Origin: an uncultured Fibrobacteraceae bacterium
Lineage (GTDB): Bacteria; Krumholzibacteriota; Krumholzibacteriia; LZORAL124-64-63
Direction: 5' to 3'
Assembly (NCBI GenBank): GCA_964637835.1
Contig: CAZWYF010000005.1
Coordinates: 37,426-101,425 of the forward strand
DNA length: 64,000 bases
Shown here: positions 1 through 6,918 of the stretch, one piece after another
Layout: each line of letters begins with the position of its first letter
Position numbering within the stretch: position 1 is the first letter of the stretch
Position numbers and translations under genes: made by a program
The notes under the pieces: model-generated
What the model was told of the DNA's origin: nothing
The model's input: the letters and a program-made list of their open reading frames with translations, nothing else
Database searches by the model: none

Positions 1-846
1 TACGACGACGCCGTCCCGCTGTACGAGCAGTCGCTGGCCATCCGCCGCGACGCCCTGGGCCCGCGCGATCCGCTGGTGGCCGGGAGCTACAACGGCCTGG
101 CCATCACCGCCTACTTCCGCGGCGACTGGCCGGGCGCCGAGTCGCTCTTCGGTGCCGCCCTGTCCATCCGCGAGGAGTCGCTGGGGGACGACCATCCCGA
201 CGTGGCGCAGACGCTCAACAACCTGGCCCTGCTCCGGCAGGCGCAGGACGACTTCGCCGGCGCGATCCCGCTGTACACGCGGGCGGCGGCGATCTGGGAG
301 AAGACCCTCGGTCCAGACCACGTGCGCCTGGCCCTGGTGCTGAACAACCTGGGCCTGGCGCACTTCGAGCAGGGCCAGCTCGCGGACGCCCGGCCGCTCT
401 TCGAGCGCGCCCTGCGCATCCGCGAGGCGGCCCTCGGCCCGGACAATCCCGACGTCGCCCAGACCCTGCAGAACCTGGCCGACCTGCACCGCGCCGGCGG
501 GGCTCTCGCCGAGGCCGAGGCGCTGCTCGACCGCGCGCTCGCGGTGCGCGAGGCGAGCCTGGGGCCCGCGCACGCGGACGTGGGCTGGACCATCACCGGG
601 CTGGCCGCCGTGCACGCGGCGGCCGGCGATCCCGAGCGGGCGGCGCAGGAGATGAGCCGCGCGCTGGACATCCTCGAGTCGGCGCTGGGCCCGGACTTCC
701 CCGAGCTGGACGAGGAGTGGAGCCAGCACGCCGAGTACCTCGATGGCGCCGGCCGCCGCTCCGAGGCCGCGGCGGCCCGTGCGCGCGCGGCCGCCATCGC
801 GGAGCGGTCCACCGCCGCGGCGGCGGCCGACGGCCCCGGTTCCTGA
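1..846 (+). CDS. TPR repeat protein (TPR_12 / kinesin-light-chain-like repeats), 5' partial
   Basis: The frame is open from nt 1 and the ORF track gives 76..846. Repeated motifs of the form LNNLALL...G.A.PLY.RALAIRE..LGPDHPDVA are typical of TPR_12. Confidence 0.8.
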   Translation, partial: YDDAVPLYEQSLAIRRDALGPRDPLVAGSYNGLAITAYFRGDWPGAESLFGAALSIREESLGDDHPDVAQTLNNLALLRQAQDDFAGAIPLYTRAAAIWEKTLGPDHVRLALVLNNLGLAHFEQGQLADARPLFERALRIREAALGPDNPDVAQTLQNLADLHRAGGALAEAEALLDRALAVREASLGPAHADVGWTITGLAAVHAAAGDPERAAQEMSRALDILESALGPDFPELDEEWSQHAEYLDGAGRRSEAAAARARAAAIAERSTAAAAADGPGS

Positions 847-924
847 CCTGTCGTCACCGGATCCCGACCCCCCTGCCGGGTGCGCCCGGAGGGACCATCG
901 CCCACGAACCAGGGAGTATGGCCC

Positions 925-2307
925 ATGAATCCTCGCCAGCGAACCATCCGTCACGCCAGCCTCGCGCTGGCCGCCCTGGCCCTGGCGATCCTGGCCGCGA
1001 TGGCCGGCTGCGGCGGCCAGGACACCACCATGGGGCCGCAGGCCGACGGCGCCGCGGGCCCGTCCGGTCTGACCACGGCGTCCGGCCTGGCCGCCAAGTC
1101 CGTCGCGGCCGACACCCTCGACCAGGCCATCGTCCAGTTCGCCGACCGCACCTACGACGGCCAGCAGACCACCTTCTCCTGGCGCCTGTCCGGCCGCGGC
1201 GATCCGGGCGACCTCGGCACCTTCTTCCTGGAGTTGCCGGCGTGCGCGCCGGAGGTGGTGTCGTCCTCGCCCCACGGCGCGGTGTTCGGCGACCATCCCG
1301 ACACGGCGCTCGCGGGCGTCCGCTGGAACGTCGGCCTGGGTCCGGGTGATCCGTTCGGCCAGTCGTTCGAGCTGGTGTTCGCCGGCGAGGTGGACCTGGG
1401 CGTGGTCAGCACCCTGGTGGCCGACCTCCCGGGCACCGGCGGCGGGACCTCGCGCGGCACCGTGCTCGGCCCCTGCGGGGGCGGTGCCATCGCCGGCACC
1501 GTGTTCGTCGACACCGACAGCAGCGGCGCCTACGACCCCGCCACCGAGGGTGGCCTGGCCAACGTGCTCGTCCGCGCGGTGGACGCCCAGGGCCGGGTGG
1601 AGGCCACGCTCACCGATTCCACCGGCGCCTTCGAGCTGCTGCTCCTCGAGGGCACCTACACCGTGCGCGTGGACACCACCGCCGCCGCCGGCTTCTTCAA
1701 CGCCGATCTGGGCACCTGGTGGACGCCCACCACGGCGCTGGAGTCCATGGTCGAGGTGCCGCCGGGTGCGGCCGACCTGGACTTCGGCTTCCAGCCCGCC
1801 ACCGACCAGGTGCTCGAGGATCTCGAGGACGGCGACCTGCGCAGCCTCGGCGTCCCGCTGGACTTCTGGATCGCCGAGCTGGTGTTCGCCCTCGACCCGG
1901 TACCCGTGCCCGAGGGCATCGACCCCGACGTGCTGCCCTACGATACCCCGTTCTACACCCCCGCCGAGCTGCTGGACCTCCTGCAGCAGGTCGAGCAACA
2001 GGCCCTGCCCGAGCCTTACCAGTTCACCGCCGGGGAGGAGTTCCTCGAGGCGCTGGCCATCCTCGCGATCGAGGCCGGCGAGCCGGTGGACATCCTGCTG
2101 GCCGAGCTGCTGGCCACCGAGCTGAACCTGGTCAGCGGCCGCAGCCTCGACGGCGACCCGGAACTGCTGCCCGCCCTGGTGCTCTGGGGCGAGTCCATCG
2201 TGGTGCAGGAGGGCGGGGTCGCGCTGGCCGGCGATGGTGTTCGTATCGCCATCGACGTGTTCCGCAACATCAATGTCGGCGGCGGCGGCGGCTTCGACGG
2301 CAAGTGA
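925..2307 (+). CDS. lipoprotein with Cna-B/SdrD-like beta-sandwich domain
   Basis: ATG at 925 has an AGGGAG SD 8 nt upstream. The signal peptide carries a lipobox (LAAMAGC). The GTVFVDTDSSGAYDP...VRAVDAQGRV...TDSTGAFEL segment resembles the SdrD B-type / CarboxypepD_reg fold. Confidence 0.7.
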   Translation: MNPRQRTIRHASLALAALALAILAAMAGCGGQDTTMGPQADGAAGPSGLTTASGLAAKSVAADTLDQAIVQFADRTYDGQQTTFSWRLSGRGDPGDLGTFFLELPACAPEVVSSSPHGAVFGDHPDTALAGVRWNVGLGPGDPFGQSFELVFAGEVDLGVVSTLVADLPGTGGGTSRGTVLGPCGGGAIAGTVFVDTDSSGAYDPATEGGLANVLVRAVDAQGRVEATLTDSTGAFELLLLEGTYTVRVDTTAAAGFFNADLGTWWTPTTALESMVEVPPGAADLDFGFQPATDQVLEDLEDGDLRSLGVPLDFWIAELVFALDPVPVPEGIDPDVLPYDTPFYTPAELLDLLQQVEQQALPEPYQFTAGEEFLEALAILAIEAGEPVDILLAELLATELNLVSGRSLDGDPELLPALVLWGESIVVQEGGVALAGDGVRIAIDVFRNINVGGGGGFDGK

Positions 2308-2331
2308 TCACTCGTGCCTCGAAGAATGTCG

Positions 2332-2358
2332 ATGGCCCCCCGGCGGCGACTCCGGGGG
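2332..2358 (+). terminator. GC hairpin (GCCCCCCGG-n8-CCGGGGGGC) downstream of the lipoprotein gene
   Basis: A 9-bp perfect stem was seen directly in the sequence, 25 nt after the stop at 2307, with weak U-richness after it. Confidence 0.4.
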
Positions 2359-2656
2359 GCAGGTCTTATGCATTTCATGTTCCTGGCGACAGGTCATGTG
2401 ATGCCGATCACGAGGTCTGGCGGCCATCGACAATCTTGAGGGCACGATCTTCTGCAACCTCTGGGGGGGTGTTTCGATAGGAGGGGTAGGCCCCGCCAGC
2501 GACCGATCCCGACCGAAGGAGCTCGCCGTGACCCGTGCCACGCCCCGCCCGACGCCCCGCGCCGTCATCCGCTCCGCGATGCCCGGCTTCATCTTCATCT
2601 GCGTCCTGCTCGCCCTGCCGAGCAGCGCCGCCGCCGGCCGGATCTAACTGCTGGAC

Positions 2657-3658
2657 ATGCAACTCGCCGAGGTCACGGTGCTCGGGCCCGACGGCGAGGT
2701 CGTCCGCACGCTCGGCCGCGAGGGCGACGGGCCCGGCGAGACCCGGCGTCCGTCCGACCTGCTGATCATGGACGACGGCGGGGTGGGGATCGTGCGCGGC
2801 TATCCCGGCAGCGTGGTGCTCCTGGACGCCGCCGGGGCGCCGGCCGGGGTCATCGAGGTGGGTGGTGATCCCCTGCACGGCGGCGCCACCACCCTGGAAC
2901 TGGCCCATCACCGCGATGGCCATCTCGTGGCCGGGCTCATCGATGTCCAGCAGGACGGTGGGAGCATCCAGCGACGGACCGCGCGCATCGTCCGCCTCAC
3001 CGAGGACGGCGCCCGTGAGGTGGTCTACCACGAGGGCGGCTTCACGTGGGATTTCCGGGACTTCCACTTCTACGAGCGCGAGAACGTCGCCTGGGCGGCG
3101 CGCCGGATGGCGCTCGGACCCGATGGGCGCGTCTACAGCGCCACCGACCGCGATGCCTACGCGATCACGGTCTACGAGCCCGACGGCGCGATCGACCGCG
3201 TCATCGAGCGGGACCACGAGCCCTCGCGCCGCACGCCGGAGGAGCGCGCGGCCGTCCGCGAGCTGTACGCCTCGATGCTGCGCCAGCTTCCCTTCGAGGC
3301 GCCGATCACGGTGGAGGCGACCGATCCGGTCATCGAGTGGATCGGGCCCAATCTGCGCGTGGCCGCCGACGGCCCGCTCTGGGTGCTCACCAGCCGCGGG
3401 CAGCGTCCCGAGGCCGCGGACATCATGGTGACCTACGACGTCTTCGATCCCTCGGGCCACTTCCAGCGCCAGGTGGCCGTGGCCTGCGAGGGCGACGGCC
3501 GCGAGGACGCCCTGTACCTCGCCCCCGACGGCGAGCGCGCGGTGCTGGTCAAGGGATTCCTGGCCGCCGCGCGGTCGATGTTCGGCGCCCAGGTGGACAC
3601 CGACGCCGAGCCCGAGCCCATCGAGGTGGTCTGTTACGCGGTCGCGTCGGTGGAGTGA
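2657..3658 (+). CDS. hypothetical protein; a signal-peptide ORF (2528..2647) lies in the same frame and is cut off by an in-frame TAA, so a pseudogene or sequencing error is possible
   Basis: The ORF track gives 2657..3658 and the composition is coding-like with many DG turns. GTG at 2528 has a GAAGGAG SD and encodes VTRATPRPTPRAVIRSAMPGFIFICVLLALPSSAAAGRI, then TAA at 2645, then the same frame continues. Confidence 0.6.
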   Translation: MQLAEVTVLGPDGEVVRTLGREGDGPGETRRPSDLLIMDDGGVGIVRGYPGSVVLLDAAGAPAGVIEVGGDPLHGGATTLELAHHRDGHLVAGLIDVQQDGGSIQRRTARIVRLTEDGAREVVYHEGGFTWDFRDFHFYERENVAWAARRMALGPDGRVYSATDRDAYAITVYEPDGAIDRVIERDHEPSRRTPEERAAVRELYASMLRQLPFEAPITVEATDPVIEWIGPNLRVAADGPLWVLTSRGQRPEAADIMVTYDVFDPSGHFQRQVAVACEGDGREDALYLAPDGERAVLVKGFLAAARSMFGAQVDTDAEPEPIEVVCYAVASVE

Positions 3659-3740
3659 TCCCGCCGGTGGAGTGATCGCGTCGGTGGAGTGATCCCGCCG
3701 GTGGAGTGCTCGCTCCGGCGGAGTGATCCCGCCGGCGGTG
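3646..3740 (+). repeat. tandem direct repeats, about 5 copies of a 17-bp unit (CCGCCGGTGGAGTGATC and variants) spanning the stop codon of the upstream CDS
   Basis: Read directly from the sequence: gtcggtggagtgatc / ccgccggtggagtgatc / gcgtcggtggagtgatc / ccgccggtggagtgctc / gctccggcggagtgatc. Confidence 0.7.
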
Positions 3741-3800
3741 GCTCCGGCGGCGGTTCCTGTCGCGCGGGCGCCGCGAGGCGACGGAGAGTCGGTCCTCATA

Positions 3801-3825
3801 ATTTGTCGTCAACATGACGACAAAT
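3801..3825. promoter_or_regulatory. perfect palindrome ATTTGTCGTCA-aca-TGACGACAAAT (11-bp arms) in an AT-rich island, likely an operator or protein-binding site
   Basis: Seen in the sequence about 125 nt upstream of the pRiA4b-ORF3-like gene. Local GC is far below the window average. Confidence 0.5.
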
Positions 3826-3950
3826 ACACCCCGGGGCCGCTCGCCGGGACAGCGACTGACGGCCGGCCGGAAAGACGGTAGGATAACGCTGCCGGTACGG
3901 CGCGCCGGGCCCGGCGCGCCCCTGCTCGCCACGTGCCCAGGAGGACGACC

Positions 3951-4571
3951 ATGCACGCGGCCTACCGCATCAAGATCACGCTCGAGAGGACCAGCCCGCC
4001 CATCTGGCGCCGCGTCCTCGTGCCCGAGGATTTCACGCTGTTGCAGCTGCACGTCCTCATCCAGCTGGCCATGGGCTGGCAGGACAGGCACCTGCACGAG
4101 TTCATCCAGCGCGGCGGTGGCACGGCCACGGCGCGCCGCTTCATGCTGCCCGAGCTGCTGGACGAGATCGGCGGGCCCGACGACGCCGACGAGGCCGCCA
4201 CCCTGGTGCGCGAGGTCCTCGCCGGACCCGGCGACCGCCTCATCTACCTCTACGACCACGGCGACGGCTGGGTCCACGGCCTGAAGCTGGAGAAGGTGGA
4301 GCGCGCCCCGGCCGACACCGCGCTGCCCGCCTGCCTGAAGGGGAAGTGGGAGTGCCCGCCCGAGGATTCCGGCGGCCCGCTGGTCTTCCAGTCGCGCGGC
4401 CGCCTGGAGGCCGAGGAGGAGCTCGCGGACGACGCCGAGGCCCTCGACGCGCTCGACGACCCGTCGGGCGCCGACGACGTCGACGAGCTCGGCCCCTTCG
4501 ACCTCGACGCCGCGCGCCGGGCCATCGCGGCGGTGGACTGGGATGCGCCCGACCTCGGGCGAGAGGAGTGA
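3951..4571 (+). CDS. plasmid pRiA4b ORF-3-like family protein (PF07929-like)
   Basis: ATG at 3951 has an AGGAGG SD. The N-terminus YRIKITLERTSPPIWRRVLVPEDFTLLQLHVLIQLAMGWQDRHLHEF matches the family signature. Confidence 0.7.
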   Translation: MHAAYRIKITLERTSPPIWRRVLVPEDFTLLQLHVLIQLAMGWQDRHLHEFIQRGGGTATARRFMLPELLDEIGGPDDADEAATLVREVLAGPGDRLIYLYDHGDGWVHGLKLEKVERAPADTALPACLKGKWECPPEDSGGPLVFQSRGRLEAEEELADDAEALDALDDPSGADDVDELGPFDLDAARRAIAAVDWDAPDLGREE

Positions 4572-4608
4572 GGTCGTCCGGGCGAGCTGGCCCGCGTCGG
4601 CGCCGCCC

Positions 4609-4974
4609 TCACGCCCCGTCCTGGTCGCGGTGGACCGTGTCGGGCGAGAAGGCCGGCAGGCAGACCGCCAGGTACTCCGCGCCGTCGGGGGTGCTGTAGC
4701 GCACCCACTCGCCCGGCGAGGTGACGATGGCCTGGCCGGCGGCGACGTCGATGACGCCGTCGGCGTGCTCGACGCGCAGCCTCCCGCGCAGCACCACGGT
4801 GATCTCCTCGAACTCCGGGCGCTGGCCCGGCTCGGTCCAGCCCGCCGGCGACTGCATGCGCGCCACGCTCACGGCGTCGTGGCCCGAGTTCACGCGGCCG
4901 ACGTATTCCTCGATGCGCTTCGGCTTGTTGCCGGCGGACTCGATCACGCTGGGGTTCTCGATCAGGCGAGGCAT
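4609..4974 (-). CDS. cupin domain protein
   Basis: The start lies inside the ORF 4609..5283 at M104 (MPRLIENP) with a GGAGGG SD. A small beta-barrel cupin-like sequence ...GQAIVTSPGEWVRYSTPDGAEYLAVCLP. Confidence 0.65.
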   Translation of the reverse strand: MPRLIENPSVIESAGNKPKRIEEYVGRVNSGHDAVSVARMQSPAGWTEPGQRPEFEEITVVLRGRLRVEHADGVIDVAAGQAIVTSPGEWVRYSTPDGAEYLAVCLPAFSPDTVHRDQDGA

Positions 4975-5168
4975 GCCGATCCCTCCGTCATCATGAGACG
5001 CCACTGGCGGTCCATTCCGCCGGGCCCGTCCATGATAGTCCCGGGGACGCTCCTGAAACAGAGGTCGTCGAGGGGCGTAGGGTGGGATGTCGACCGCTGG
5101 CCCCGGAGATGGCCGGCCCGGCCCGGGCGCAGGGTGCGTCCCGGCCGCGGCCGGCGGAGGAGATCCCC

Positions 5169-6761
5169 ATGCCCCGGACCATGATCCCATCCCTGCTCGC
5201 CCTGTGCGCCCTGTTCGCCTCGGCAGCGGTGGCGCTCGCCGCCGATCGCGCCGGGCCCGCCGCCCCATCGCTCGCCACGACACTGGTGGAGGTGATCCCC
5301 GACGCCGACGCTCCCAACCACACGGGGTGGCTGGCCTTCCGCTCCGCGACCGGCGATCGGCTCCACGTGACCGACGACCTCGCCCTGACCACCGTCATCG
5401 AGCAGACCCACAAGAATCTGCTGGCCGACCACCCGGGCCCGCGCGCCGCCGACCTGGAGATCGGCGTGCGCTTCACCGGCGTGGTCGCGCGCGCGGGGAC
5501 CGTCGCTGGCCGCCCCGTCCACGTGATCACCGCGGTGGACAGCATCTATCCCGACCACCCGGGGTCCGGCCATGGGTACCGGTACGCGGACCTGGCGCCG
5601 GGTCGGCCCGCGGCCGACTTCCACCACCGGTACCTCGAGGTGCCGGTGCGGCACGACGACCCCTCCGGGGGGACCTTCGAGCTCTACTACGAGCTCTGCA
5701 GCGACTACGATCCCGCCCGGCCGGTGATCCTCGTGCCCACCGATGGCCAGCGGACGTTCTCGCAGGTGGGCTGGGCCGACCGTTACCAGGAGATGTTCGG
5801 CCTCGAGGCCAACACCGTCACGTTCGAGTACCGGGGCATGCCGTGCTCCCCGATCCCGGGTCTCGAGCGCATGGACTGGCGGCAGCGGTACCAGGTCCTG
5901 AACACCGACCAGGTGGTCGCGGACATGGAGTGCATCCGTCGCGACCTGCTCGGCGACGGCAAGATCGACGTCCTCGGCGGCTCGGGGACGGCCATGATGG
6001 GGCTGAAGTACCTCGCGGCCCATCCCCGGAGCGTGGACCGGGCGTTCCTCATGAGCTTCTTCCTGGACGCTCGCGGCAGCAGCGAAGCCGGGGTGGTGGC
6101 CTACGAGCGGTTTCTCGCCGAGCACGACCTCGCCGCGGCCCACGCCGCCGCCGTCGCCCGGCCGGAGGTGGCCCCGGACCAGCTCCTGTTCCTGGTGCAG
6201 CGTCTGCTCTACCACGACCGGGACCGGGCCGCCGGCCTGATCCGCGCGGCGAGCGCCGGCGACCTCGCCGCCTACCGCGAGGCCACGGCGCAGCTGGGCA
6301 CCGTGGACTTCTTCGTCCGTTCGATCCAGGCGCACCGGCCCTGGACGGTGGTCTTCATGTACGAGACCAACCTTCCCACCGCGCTCGGCGGCGCGCCGGA
6401 CATCAATCAGCCCTTCCTGCGCATCGCCGCGCCATTGCGCCGGGCGTTCCCACCGGCGGCGACCCGGACGCATCTCTTCGCCATCGACGGGCTGCGCGAT
6501 GTCGCCGCGGAGGTCATGCTGGTGGGCGGCACCCGCGACCAGGTGGCGCCGCTCGATCAGCTCGAGCGGATCGCCGCGCGGCTGCCGGACTCCCGGCTGG
6601 CCGTCTTCGATGCCTACCACTGCCTGCAGGCGCCGCCGGGGGCCCAGCAGGCCCGCGCCGAGCTGGCCAATCTCTTCTTCACGCGTGGCCTGCACGACCC
6701 GGCCCTGGAGGACCACCTCGCCGGTGGCCAGCCCGGCAACGGGTTCCTGGAGCTCCGCTGA
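5169..6761 (+). CDS. secreted alpha/beta hydrolase (prolyl aminopeptidase-like), GxSxG motif GGSGT
   Basis: ATG at 5169 has a GGAGGAG SD. A signal peptide MPRTMIPSLLALCALFASAAVALAA is followed by the nucleophile elbow DVLGGSGTAMMG. The protein is 530 aa. Confidence 0.7.
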   Translation: MPRTMIPSLLALCALFASAAVALAADRAGPAAPSLATTLVEVIPDADAPNHTGWLAFRSATGDRLHVTDDLALTTVIEQTHKNLLADHPGPRAADLEIGVRFTGVVARAGTVAGRPVHVITAVDSIYPDHPGSGHGYRYADLAPGRPAADFHHRYLEVPVRHDDPSGGTFELYYELCSDYDPARPVILVPTDGQRTFSQVGWADRYQEMFGLEANTVTFEYRGMPCSPIPGLERMDWRQRYQVLNTDQVVADMECIRRDLLGDGKIDVLGGSGTAMMGLKYLAAHPRSVDRAFLMSFFLDARGSSEAGVVAYERFLAEHDLAAAHAAAVARPEVAPDQLLFLVQRLLYHDRDRAAGLIRAASAGDLAAYREATAQLGTVDFFVRSIQAHRPWTVVFMYETNLPTALGGAPDINQPFLRIAAPLRRAFPPAATRTHLFAIDGLRDVAAEVMLVGGTRDQVAPLDQLERIAARLPDSRLAVFDAYHCLQAPPGAQQARAELANLFFTRGLHDPALEDHLAGGQPGNGFLELR

Positions 6762-6827
6762 CCGGGACGGGGCGTCGCGGCGGCCCGGTCCGCGGGGGCC
6801 GGCAGGCAGGACGCCGCCGCCACCGCC

Positions 6828-6857
6828 TTGAGTTCGCTGCGCCCGCTGCGGTACAAT
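6828..6857 (+). promoter_or_regulatory. sigma70-like promoter TTGAGT-18nt-TACAAT upstream of the FG-GAP gene
   Basis: Hexamers read directly from the sequence. The ATG at 6919 has a GGAGG SD. Confidence 0.45.
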
Positions 6858-6918
6858 GCCGACCCCGGCCTCGCCCGGGCATCCGGTTCCTGCTCGCCCC
6901 GCCACCGGAGGTCCCGCC

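Noticed and set aside
2408-3799. 463-aa minus-strand ORF
   Set aside because: Its composition is dominated by R/G/A/P, it is antisense to a better-supported plus-strand ORF with normal composition, and it has no RBS. It is a GC-rich shadow ORF.
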